From a bacterium (GTDB lineage Bacteria > SAR324 > NAC60-12): a DNA stretch of 64,000 nt. Below are positions 39,340 through 48,233 of the stretch, piece after piece. The stretch's first letter is position 1, and every line of letters begins with the position of its first letter. Made by a program: the position numbers and the translations under genes. The notes beneath the pieces are model-generated. The model searched no databases and had not been told where the DNA came from. It saw only the letters and a program-made list of their open reading frames with translations. Where the stretch lies: positions 2,784,001-2,848,000 of the forward strand of contig OZ242383.1 of assembly GCA_965209155.1 (NCBI GenBank), given 5' to 3'.

Positions 39340-41190
39340 CTAATGCCCCATTTCTTTCTTCAGGTCCTGATCGATCCAGAGGCGGGTGAGGATGAGACTA
39401 TCCTCATTGGGTCCGAGATCGAATTCACCATTGTAGCCTTTGACCCATGGCCAGAGCACCCACCACTGGGGAGCTTTGGGGCCCCATATCTGCCAGTGTT
39501 GCTCGATCGTGTGCATATCCGCCTCTTTCATCAGCCGCTTTTGCTCCTCAAAGCTGGTCGCGGCCAGGGCGGCGTCGACCTTGGCGTCCAACTCGGGCCA
39601 CTGATGTAAGGGGCGGTTCCATTGAGCGTCCGAGCGATACCAGGTTACTGTCATGGAAGGGTCATAAGTGGTGCCCGCAATGCTGCCCATGATGCCTTCA
39701 TAATCACGTGCGAACATATCTTCATGATATTGGGCCCAGTCCGTAAATACATTAAGCTCAACCTCGACGCCAATCTCAGACCAGTACGCGGAAGCGATTT
39801 CTGCATAGCTTGAATTCAGGAGGACCCTCACGGGGGTCTTGAAACCATTGGGATAGCCCGCTTCCGCCAGCAGCTGCTTCGCCCCTTCAGGGTCATACCG
39901 ATAGCCCTTCTTGACATCTTCGGGCCACTCTTCAAAGGGGACGTAATATCCTTTCACCCCGATCATCCCCTGAGGGGTCGGATCAGCCTGACCCTTATAG
40001 AACGTATTGGCAATGGTCTCCACATCGAGGGCCATCTGCATGGCCTTGCGCACGCGGAGATCGTCAAAAGGCGGCTTGCGCACGTTAGCAGCAAAGGCGG
40101 CACTCGACCGAAAATAATGCTTGTGCAGCACGACGTCGGGATGGGTCTGCCGGAGACTCTCTGCCGAGTCAATTGAACTCATCCAACCCCCTGAAGGACC
40201 TCTGAGATCAAGCTTGCCTGAGCGCAGTGCCGACATCAGGGTGGCTTCCTCTGGAATCAACAGATACTCTAACTTATCAATATAGGGTAACTGGTTCTGC
40301 GGATACTTTTCGTCATGACCCCAGTAGTCCGGATTTCGGGTCCGGGTGACCGAGCTTCCCTCGACCACGTCGGTTAGCAGAAAAGGTCCGGTGCCGGCCA
40401 TGTTTCTCCAATCCTTGACGTCCCCATATTGCTGGATGACCTCGGGGGGCATGATGTAAGTAAAGTAGTTGAGGGTAATAATGTGAAACGCGGAGAGGAA
40501 GGGCTCCTTGAGCTTCATGACGACCGTCGCATCGTCGCTGGCCGTGATCGACTCGAAGGGGATGCCATTGAGGAGGGCAGCGCCACCAAAGGGAGTCGGT
40601 CCGGCCTCGCTGAAGTCGCCCAGACCCAGCATACGGTGAAAGGTATACTCGACATCCTGCGCCGTCAGCAGACGGCCATTCATTGGGGGCTTATTGTGCC
40701 AGCGCACGCCTTGACGGATGTGGAAGACAATCGTTTTGTCGTCGGGCATTTCCCAGCTTTCCGCCAGTCTCCCTGTGATGGCGGACATGGGGAGCGGGTG
40801 TCCCGATTTCAAGTCCCATTCGTCTCTGGAGACTCCCCAGTTGCCGACAGCCAACTTCTCCACGAGGCCCGTGAGTTGAGGGTCTGTCCAGCCGTAATAG
40901 GGGTCCCAATTCCATGCCAGTCCTCTGGTAGCGTAAGTCAGTGTCCCGCCATATTGAGGAGCCTCCACCATTTCACCAGTGCTGGGGTCTTTGACCATCT
41001 CGGCAGCCATCGCTGCCGAACTGACCCCGAGAACGGCCACCACCAGGATGAGGGTCAGCAACCAAAATTGCATCCCCGCTCCCTGCTTTCGCAGGGACAA
41101 GTTTGCGAGGACAAGTTTTTGTACGGCAGACCAGGAGCCTGCCGGGTTCAGCCTCGCGATGGAGGCAACAAATTTCTTTTCAGTACTCAT
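39340..41190 (-). CDS. Family 5 ABC substrate-binding protein
   Basis: PQYGGTL, LAESWE, WHNKPP.NGR, GTGPF, RNPDYW, D.RVRKA; start uncertain (ATG 41190 has AGAGG upstream). Confidence 0.88.
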   Translation of the reverse strand: MSTEKKFVASIARLNPAGSWSAVQKLVLANLSLRKQGAGMQFWLLTLILVVAVLGVSSAAMAAEMVKDPSTGEMVEAPQYGGTLTYATRGLAWNWDPYYGWTDPQLTGLVEKLAVGNWGVSRDEWDLKSGHPLPMSAITGRLAESWEMPDDKTIVFHIRQGVRWHNKPPMNGRLLTAQDVEYTFHRMLGLGDFSEAGPTPFGGAALLNGIPFESITASDDATVVMKLKEPFLSAFHIITLNYFTYIMPPEVIQQYGDVKDWRNMAGTGPFLLTDVVEGSSVTRTRNPDYWGHDEKYPQNQLPYIDKLEYLLIPEEATLMSALRSGKLDLRGPSGGWMSSIDSAESLRQTHPDVVLHKHYFRSSAAFAANVRKPPFDDLRVRKAMQMALDVETIANTFYKGQADPTPQGMIGVKGYYVPFEEWPEDVKKGYRYDPEGAKQLLAEAGYPNGFKTPVRVLLNSSYAEIASAYWSEIGVEVELNVFTDWAQYHEDMFARDYEGIMGSIAGTTYDPSMTVTWYRSDAQWNRPLHQWPELDAKVDAALAATSFEEQKRLMKEADMHTIEQHWQIWGPKAPQWWVLWPWVKGYNGEFDLGPNEDSLILTRLWIDQDLKKEMGH

Positions 41191-41577
41191 ATAAACCTCT
41201 TTTGATTGAGGGTTGAGAGAACGATTCACCCCACCCGGGACGAATCGGGTTTTCGCAGCAGACACAACGTCTGCCACGTTCAGCCCAACGAAGCGGGCCA
41301 GAACTTAAGATTCATTGGATCCTCTTCTTACAATTGAGCAATGAAATATCGTACGCTCTTCAGCACGAATGTCGAGTTGCGCTTCCGATTCTCGTATTGA
41401 TTCGATGCGTTGTCTTAAAAAATCCTTTGACATTCTTGGTCAATGCGCCTAAAAATACCTGTCACGCTTTAAAAAAGAGAAGCATCGAGAAAAACGGCAA
41501 TGAAGAATTCAGTCGTATTTCCATTTAAAAAAAGCGTTCACGCCTCCCGGGCGGATATCGGAAAAATATCCTTTGTT

Positions 41578-41653
41578 GGGTCGGTAGCTCAGTTGGTAGA
41601 GCATCTGACTTTTAATCAGGTGGTCCAGGGTTCGATTCCCTGCCGACCCACCA
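41578..41653 (+). tRNA. tRNA-Lys(TTT)
   Basis: Cloverleaf GGGTCGG...CCGACCC-A-CCA, anticodon loop CTTTTAA, TTCGA T-loop. Confidence 0.97.
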
Positions 41654-41714
41654 ACAAAATCAAAAAAAAAGTTTGGCGGACATCCTCGAGGACGCTTTCA
41701 GCTGAATTCAATGC

Positions 41715-42076
41715 GAACCAGGATTTGAAATTTAATATATAAAATCAATAATTTAATAATTAACCTGAGTTTGAGATAAATCTTCATTAATGAGTATCCT
41801 GGCGTACATGTCATCCCCACTAAACTTGTCCCCACTAAACTTGTCCCCGCGAAGGCGGGGAGCGGGGAGCCAGATTTCTGGCTGCCCGCATACCTCTGAA
41901 TTCCTGGTCAAGCCAGGAATGACAAGGTTTCTCTAAGATACGAAGATTCCATAACATATAGAATTTATTAAATGCTTATCTCGAACTCAGGTTAATTACG
42001 ATGTGTCATGCCGGTCCCGGATCCCCCTGAATTCTGGGTCTTTGCCAGGAATGACACGTTTTTTAACTCCTGGTTC
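41715..42076. mobile_element. MITE type A interrupted by MITE type B
   Basis: Ends GAACCAGGA / TCCTGGTTC; both halves align with 33188-33358. Confidence 0.7.
41763..41992. mobile_element. MITE type B (230 bp) flanked by TAATTA on both sides
   Basis: TIRs ACCTGAGTTTGAGATAA / TTATCTCGAACTCAGGT; TAATTA at 41757-41762 and 41993-41998. Confidence 0.78.
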
Positions 42077-42090
42077 AGGTCTGAATGGAT

Positions 42091-42444
42091 TCAGTTTGAA
42101 TCTCTCCCACCGGTCAGCGCACGGCTCACCCCACTGACAAACTGTTGAGCCCAATGGGCTCCCTTCTGCTCGCTCAAGGCTTCGAGTTCTCCCTTGTCGA
42201 GCCACATCCCATGACAGCTCGGGCATTCGTCGATCTCGACTTCGTTGATCAGACGAATAATGAGTTTATCGCCGCACTTCGGACAACGTCCAAGCGCCAG
42301 TTTACGCAGCGATTCTTCCTCTTCCGCCTCCTTTTCCTTTTTCAATTTGGCGACAAGTTCTCTATCTCGTTGCGCGAAATATTGATTTTCCTCGGCATCT
42401 GATTTCTTTTTCAACTTGGAGCCAAGGCTGTCTTTTTTTTCCAT
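42091..42444 (-). CDS. zf-TFIIB zinc-ribbon domain protein
   Basis: EENQYF, CPKC...IDECPSCHGMWLDKGEL. Confidence 0.85.
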   Translation of the reverse strand: MEKKDSLGSKLKKKSDAEENQYFAQRDRELVAKLKKEKEAEEEESLRKLALGRCPKCGDKLIIRLINEVEIDECPSCHGMWLDKGELEALSEQKGAHWAQQFVSGVSRALTGGRDSN

Positions 42445-42886
42445 GAGAAACCCTGCAGTTTATAGGTTTTCAGAAAGGGAAGCGAAGTACCTGGTTCCAT
42501 CGAGTACGGATCTTCTCACTTGATGGCGGGAATGGTATCTCCTTCCTCTCTCACAAGTTGATAAACTCCAATCACTTTATCAATTTCACACCCTTTGCTA
42601 AATTTTTCAACTCAATTAGTCTTTATTTCAACTTCGGAGTTACGGAAGAAATCGAACATACGGAAAGTATCATAAGGAGACAATAGTTGGACTGACAAAA
42701 GCCATTGAAAATTATCTTAAAAAAGACTGGAACAAAGAGTATCGACGTTATCGGGACCTGAATGATTTATTCTGCAATAATTTGAAAAGGCACAGAAGAA
42801 ATTAAATTTAAAAGAGGTTATCCGACCGAACCCGGCATACAGCCTGCGTGCATTGAAAGAGTATACTTTCAAAGTCACCTCTTTCA

Positions 42887-43081
42887 CTACTTTTTTTTAG
42901 CCCCCTTTTTTTTCCTGGATTTGATATTTTTTGCAGGTTGACTGGATTCTTCTGTCGTTTCCTGGTTAATATATCTTTTCAGGATGGCATTGACTACTTT
43001 GCTTCGTTCCCCGGCGTCGATGTTCTTGATATAGCGCGCGACGTCGATATCCAGGGTGAAATTAAATTTAACTTTATTCAT
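42887..43081 (-). CDS. Small basic protein, possibly ribbon-helix-helix
   Basis: K.NFTLD.DV...RS.VVN.IL pattern; GAGG RBS. Confidence 0.55.
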   Translation of the reverse strand: MNKVKFNFTLDIDVARYIKNIDAGERSKVVNAILKRYINQETTEESSQPAKNIKSRKKKGAKKK

Positions 43082-43217
43082 TGAAACCTCATTCTATATA
43101 TTTTATCCAATGCTTCAGACTACTAAAAAAGCATTATATAGCAAGCTGACTTTTGCTTGAAATATATTTTCGTACGATGAAATATGGTGCAGACGAAAGA
43201 CTATTCGATATATTGAA

Positions 43218-43838
43218 GTGAATGCGACACCCTATTGGCTCGAAGCTCGCCAATCACTCGAAAAAGTTGATCCGGTACTTGCTGAATTGATCCGTGCCGC
43301 AAAAGGATCTGTTTTAAGACCGCGCCATGATCCCTTTTTTTCACTGTCACGCTCAATTGTCGCCCAGCAGATTTCGGTTTTTGCCGCAGAATCGGTGTGG
43401 CAAAAACTGCTCACCCATCTCGGTGCCATAACGCCGGAAACAGTGGCAGTTCAAACGGAAGAGAGTTTGCGAAATTGTGGTCTGTCCCGTCCCAAAGCTC
43501 GTTATTTGATCAACCTGGCGGAACAATTCATCAATGGCTCACTCGAGCAAGAGTCGTGGCATCAAATGGACGACGAAGCAGTGATTGAAAACCTCACGCA
43601 AGTGAAGGGCATCGGGCGCTGGACTGCAGAGATGTTTCTGATATTTTATTTGTTGAGACCCGACGTGCTTCCGGTTGCGGATGTTGGAGTACAAAAAGCC
43701 ATTGCAAATCACTTCAATGGTGGGGTACGACTGAATGCGGAAGCAATGATCTCCATTGCTGAACCCTGGCGACCCTGGCGATCGGTAGCCGTTTGGTATC
43801 TTTGGCGCAGCCTCGACGTGGTGCCTGTCGAATACTAG
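43218..43838 (+). CDS. alkA: DNA-3-methyladenine glycosylase II family
   Basis: IVAQQIS, HhH VKGIGRWTAEM, P.AD.G, W.PWRS.A.WYLW. Confidence 0.9.
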   Translation: MNATPYWLEARQSLEKVDPVLAELIRAAKGSVLRPRHDPFFSLSRSIVAQQISVFAAESVWQKLLTHLGAITPETVAVQTEESLRNCGLSRPKARYLINLAEQFINGSLEQESWHQMDDEAVIENLTQVKGIGRWTAEMFLIFYLLRPDVLPVADVGVQKAIANHFNGGVRLNAEAMISIAEPWRPWRSVAVWYLWRSLDVVPVEY

Positions 43839-43932
43839 GAACCAGTTGGGAAAGACGCCCGCCTGCTCGAATTGTCGAATGCTCTCTTTCTGTAAATTTA
43901 TTGATAATCTGAAACCATGAAAGGAATAAAAA

Positions 43933-44541
43933 ATGTTGAAAATCTATCATGTATCGGGAACTCGCTCCTTACGGGTGATCTGGCTTTGTGAAGAGTTGAA
44001 GCACCCTTATGAAGTCGAAGTGATTTCGTTTTCCTCCGAATTTCGCGCAAGTCCGGCATGGAGAAAATTTAATCCGGTGGGTAAGGTACCGGCAATGGTC
44101 GATGGAGAACTCTCTATGTTTGAGTCGGGCGCTATGGTGCAATACGTACTCGATCGCTATGGGAAAGGGAAGTTTCAACCACCTGCCGGAACAAGGGAGC
44201 ATGCCTTGTATTTACAGTGGTCTTGGTTTGCCGAGGCCACGTTTGCGCGCCCTATTGGGGAAATTGTCAACCATCGTCGAGTTTTTCCGGAAAACGAACA
44301 GTCTTCGAAAGTCACTGACGAAATGAAGGCGCGAGCCAGGTTGGCATTGAAAGCAGTTGACGAAGCCATAGCGGGGAAAGAATTTATTTTGGGTTCTTCA
44401 TTCTCGGCTGCGGATATCATGCTCGGTTACTCACTGATGCTCTGTGAAAAATTTGCCCTTTCAGAAGAAAATTCCGAGGCAATCGACTATTGGAAGCGAT
44501 TGCAAAAGCGAGAAGCATGTCAGGTTGCCATCAATGCTTAA
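43933..44541 (+). CDS. Glutathione S-transferase family protein
   Basis: RS.RV.W..EE, NP.GKVP, FESGA, FSAADI. Confidence 0.92.
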   Translation: MLKIYHVSGTRSLRVIWLCEELKHPYEVEVISFSSEFRASPAWRKFNPVGKVPAMVDGELSMFESGAMVQYVLDRYGKGKFQPPAGTREHALYLQWSWFAEATFARPIGEIVNHRRVFPENEQSSKVTDEMKARARLALKAVDEAIAGKEFILGSSFSAADIMLGYSLMLCEKFALSEENSEAIDYWKRLQKREACQVAINA

Positions 44542-44699
44542 TATCCCCGGTTTGGAGAAGGTCGCTTAGGAGAATGACGACACAGCTGATAGCCGAAAGA
44601 ATAATAATATGCGCACACTTTGCCCTATGGTACCAGGTGGATATGCATTCCAAAGTCGAAGCGCAACGGTTTTTTAGCAGCTGTTGATAAAGAATGTCT

Positions 44700-45239
44700 T
44701 CAATGGAGTTGGTCCTGAAAATCTTTTTTAAACTTTTTCACTTTGGGATTGATGACCATCAGACAATAAGGTTGGTAAGGGTTGTTCAGGTAGTAGTTTT
44801 GGTGATATTCTTCCGCTTGATAAAACGTAGTCAATGGCATGATCTCGGTGACCAGGGGGGCCGGCCATAGCTTGGAGGCCTCGGTTTCCTGTTTTGATCG
44901 TTTGGCAATGATTTTCTGTTCCTCGTCATGGTAAAAAATAGCGGAACGATATTGGCTGCCCACGTCGGCTCCTTGCCGATTCAAAGTAGTCGGGTCGTGC
45001 GTACGCCAGAAAACACTCAGGATACCGGCAAACGAAATCATGCTTGGATCGAATGATATTTGAACGACTTCCGCATGTCCCGTGGTTCCGGTGCAGATTT
45101 GAGAGTAGGTTGGATTTTCGGTCATTCCACCGCTATAACCCGAAATGACCCGTTTCACCCCTTTCAAATTCTGGTAGACTGCTTCTACGCACCAGAAACA
45201 ACCTCCTCCCAGGGTGGCTTTTTCCATTTTGTTCGTCAT
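44700..45239 (-). CDS. msrA: Peptide methionine sulfoxide reductase A
   Basis: GGGCFWC, HDPT.LNRQG.D.G.QYRS, AE.YHQ.Y. Confidence 0.96.
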   Translation of the reverse strand: MTNKMEKATLGGGCFWCVEAVYQNLKGVKRVISGYSGGMTENPTYSQICTGTTGHAEVVQISFDPSMISFAGILSVFWRTHDPTTLNRQGADVGSQYRSAIFYHDEEQKIIAKRSKQETEASKLWPAPLVTEIMPLTTFYQAEEYHQNYYLNNPYQPYCLMVINPKVKKFKKDFQDQLH

Positions 45240-45290
45240 AATCATTCCCCATTGCAATGGCGATTATTCATTCCCGCAAGATTTCATTTG

Positions 45291-46439
45291 CTACAAACGA
45301 TGGAGCCAGGATTTCATTCGCTTGACCGCATCCAGGATTTCTTCCGTTTGCACGCAAAATGAAAATCGCATCGCTCGATGTCCACGAGTTGGATCAAAGT
45401 CAATACCACAAGTCGTGGCAACTCCAGTTTCCTGAAGCAAGTTTTTACAAAAATTTTTGCTGTCATTCGTCAACTTCGTGATGTCGGCATAGATGTAAAA
45501 CGCACCATCGGCAGGAGCCGGTTCCATGCCCATCTCCGAAAGTTCGTTCAGTAGAATTTCGCGATTTTTTCTATAACGTTTGACATGACCCCCTAACTCT
45601 TCGTGGCAGTCAAAGGCGGACAGGGCAGCCCATTGGGAGAGGGTCTGTGGAGAAATGAAAATATTTTGCGCAAGACATTCCACACTGCGTAGTAGGTTGT
45701 CCGGAACAATCATCCAGCCCAAACGCCAACCGGTCATGGAAAAATATTTGGAGAAGCTGTTGATTACAATAACTTCGTCAGAGTGAGTTAACGCGGATAC
45801 TGCCGGAGCGCCGTATGTGATTCCGTGATAAATCTCGTCGGAAATGAGACGAATCCCCTCGCTTCGACAATACCGGCAGAGTATTTCCATTTCAGGGTCA
45901 CCGATCATGGTCCCGGTCGGGTTGGCGGGACTTGCGATTATGAGACCATCCACGGGTTCGGGTAATTGTTCAAGCAGCGCAGGGGTCGGTTGGAAGCGGG
46001 TTTCCGGGCCTGAGCGAATTTCTACCGCCTCCAGCCCCACAGCCTTGAGGAGATTGCTGTAGCAGGCGTAGCCTGGAGCAACGAAAGCAACCCGATCTCC
46101 CACATCAAATGCTGAAAGGAAGGCTAGTAAAAATCCTCCCGAAGAACCGCAGGTTATCACAACATTGTCGGATGAAACATCCAGCGCATAGCGATCCTGG
46201 TAGTGGCGGGCAATTCGTCTGCGTAAAGGATTGATTCCCAAGGCCACGGTATAGCCAATTTTATTATCGTTTAAAATGTTTCTGGCTGCCGCCAAAACCT
46301 TTGAGGGGGCCGGTGTGCTCGGTTGCCCGACTTCCAGGTGAATGACGTCATTTCCCTTTATTTCACGCTCCGCGGCGGCCTGCATGACATCCATGACGAT
46401 AAAAGGAGAGATTTGACCTCGATTTGAGATTTTCAACAT
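45291..46439 (-). CDS. Class I PLP-dependent aminotransferase
   Basis: SPANPTG, SDEIYH, NSFSKYFSMTGWRLGW. Confidence 0.92.
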   Translation of the reverse strand: MLKISNRGQISPFIVMDVMQAAAEREIKGNDVIHLEVGQPSTPAPSKVLAAARNILNDNKIGYTVALGINPLRRRIARHYQDRYALDVSSDNVVITCGSSGGFLLAFLSAFDVGDRVAFVAPGYACYSNLLKAVGLEAVEIRSGPETRFQPTPALLEQLPEPVDGLIIASPANPTGTMIGDPEMEILCRYCRSEGIRLISDEIYHGITYGAPAVSALTHSDEVIVINSFSKYFSMTGWRLGWMIVPDNLLRSVECLAQNIFISPQTLSQWAALSAFDCHEELGGHVKRYRKNREILLNELSEMGMEPAPADGAFYIYADITKLTNDSKNFCKNLLQETGVATTCGIDFDPTRGHRAMRFSFCVQTEEILDAVKRMKSWLHRL

Positions 46440-46642
46440 TAGGGGATACCCTGCGATGACAATTGTGTTTGCGCTTCAGAAATATGAGTCGTTTGATTTG
46501 CGAAAGAGTAACTCTTTAGCCAAAAAGAGCAAGAGAGGAGTTACTTTGACAGGAAGGTTGACATGGCTTAGAATACTCAGTAGTGATTTTCTGGAATTTG
46601 AAGCGCCTTTCAAACCTGAAGCTACTGATCAATCTTTTTTAT

Positions 46643-46963
46643 CTAGAAAATTTGTTCATGTGGAACAAATTCATGACGTGGATCACGAGCAATGTGGGAA
46701 GTTGAGATTTCGCTTTCGTCCAAATCCAAATTGATGACATCGGCCGCATTCACGCCTTCCGTTTCCTCTATAAATTTTATTCTATCCGACAATTCGATGA
46801 TTTGAGCTACCTGTTGTTTGCATTGCTCTTGCTGAGTGCTCAATTGCTTCCGCAGGTTGTGAATTTCCTTGATTTTTCTTTCTATCATTTTTTCCAGGAT
46901 TTTAATTGTATCATGGATGACATTGGGCACTGTGCCCATGTTTGGACGAGTCATTTTTTCCAT
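46643..46963 (-). CDS. Hypothetical coiled-coil protein
   Basis: AAGGAG RBS; heptad-like composition. Confidence 0.55.
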   Translation of the reverse strand: MEKMTRPNMGTVPNVIHDTIKILEKMIERKIKEIHNLRKQLSTQQEQCKQQVAQIIELSDRIKFIEETEGVNAADVINLDLDESEISTSHIARDPRHEFVPHEQIF

Positions 46964-47210
46964 CTCCTTGTTCCTGTTTATGAAATAAGATTCCGTACCT
47001 GAACAAAAATGCAGAAACGATGCCTAACTGGAAATGTATAAATTTTCATTGAAAAATTATGCAGTCATCGGAGACGTTGCGTTGAGTTGGATACCGACTC
47101 CCTGAATTTCTGCGCCTGCTTCTTCTTAAGCGACATACCGTAAAAGACATTTCCCCGGGTATCACAAACTGTAGCAATTTGAGTCGGACTGGCAGGGGCG
47201 AATCTAGGTT

Positions 47211-47420
47211 AACCCGAGTTCGAGATAAGAACTCAATCAATTCAATATGTTATGGAATCTTCCTATCTCAGGGTAACCTTTTCGTTCCTGCGAAACTTGT
47301 CCCCGCTAAACTTGTCCCCGCGAAAGCGGGGAGCGGGGAGCAGGAATCCAAGGGATCGAATATGTCATTCCTGGCTTGACCAGGAATTCAGAGGTATGCA
47401 GCCAGACAAGAAACCTGGAA
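47211..47420. mobile_element. MITE type B relative in opposite orientation, one end visible
   Basis: AACCCGAGTTCGAGATAAG...ATATGTTATGGAATCTTC matches the reverse complement of about 41940-41993; REP hairpins inside. Confidence 0.7.
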
Positions 47421-47509
47421 AGGAATTTACAGGAAATTCCGAGAAAAGCGAACGTCCCTGTCCAATGTTGCGGAATTAATTTTTCGTACCCACGCGTTGG
47501 CCGAGTCTG

Positions 47510-47534
47510 AAAGCAGACCAGGACGGTCTGCTTT
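47510..47534 (-). terminator. Hairpin downstream of the cold-shock gene
   Basis: AAAGCAGACC-AGGAC-GGTCTGCTTT perfect 10-bp stem. Confidence 0.55.
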
Positions 47535-47551
47535 GGATCTGTCGGATCGAG

Positions 47552-47746
47552 TTATTTTGCCAATTGGACGTTGACGGCGCATGGCCCCTTGCGTCCTTCT
47601 CCAATATCGAAAGTCACTCTTTCGCCTTCTGCCAGATAACCACCACGTACTTCAGAATGATGCACAAATAGATCCCGGTCATCGTCCTGCTGGATGAATC
47701 CGTAACCTTTCTGCGTGTTGAACCATTTGACTATTCCTTCTTTCAT
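47552..47746 (-). CDS. Cold-shock protein (CspA family)
   Basis: G.VKWFN..KGYGFI, D.FVH.S, GP.A.NV. Confidence 0.95.
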   Translation of the reverse strand: MKEGIVKWFNTQKGYGFIQQDDDRDLFVHHSEVRGGYLAEGERVTFDIGEGRKGPCAVNVQLAK

Positions 47747-47904
47747 TACGTTTCCTTTTATATTGGTTGAGTTTTATGTTTTCATTAACGGTTCTCTGAT
47801 TTTTCATATATTTTTCACTTCATGATGTGAAGTGTAAGAGGAGAAACACTTTTTTAACTCGCATGAAAGAATGAAAAATCGGATGGGGTTCCTTTTAAAT
47901 TCAA

Positions 47905-47981
<77 letters not shown>

Positions 47982-47991
47982 GCAATCGAAA

Positions 47992-48067
47992 TGGTGGGCG
48001 CTACAAGGATCGAACTTGTGACCTACGGCTTGTAAGGCCGCCGCTCTCCCAGCTGAGCTAAGCGCCC
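47992..48067 (-). tRNA. tRNA-Val(TAC)
   Basis: GGGCGCT...AGCGCCC-A-CCA, anticodon loop CTTACAA. Confidence 0.96.
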
Positions 48068-48233
48068 TTCCCAAGTTTAAATAGAGAATTGCATTTTATA
48101 CAGGAAAATCCCAAACATGGCAAGTTTTATTTTTTTTTCTGAAGCGTTGGAGGATGAAGCCCAGGCATTTCTTTGCTGCATCGAGGTAGTGGCGCCGGAT
48201 ACGATCGCTTTGAGTTCGAGTTTGTGAGTCAGA

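Noticed and set aside
41578..41653. tRNA-anchored prophage or integrative element
   Set aside because: No integrase, no phage genes, and no duplicated tRNA 3' end noticed.
41810..41870. CRISPR array from TAAACTTGTCCCC repeats
   Set aside because: Only two or three short units without spacers; explained as nested hairpins; no cas genes.
47179..47479. Small ORFs with LVPAKLVPAK repeats (and similar ORFs at 41996-42226 and 48709-48930)
   Set aside because: These are translations of REP/MITE DNA.
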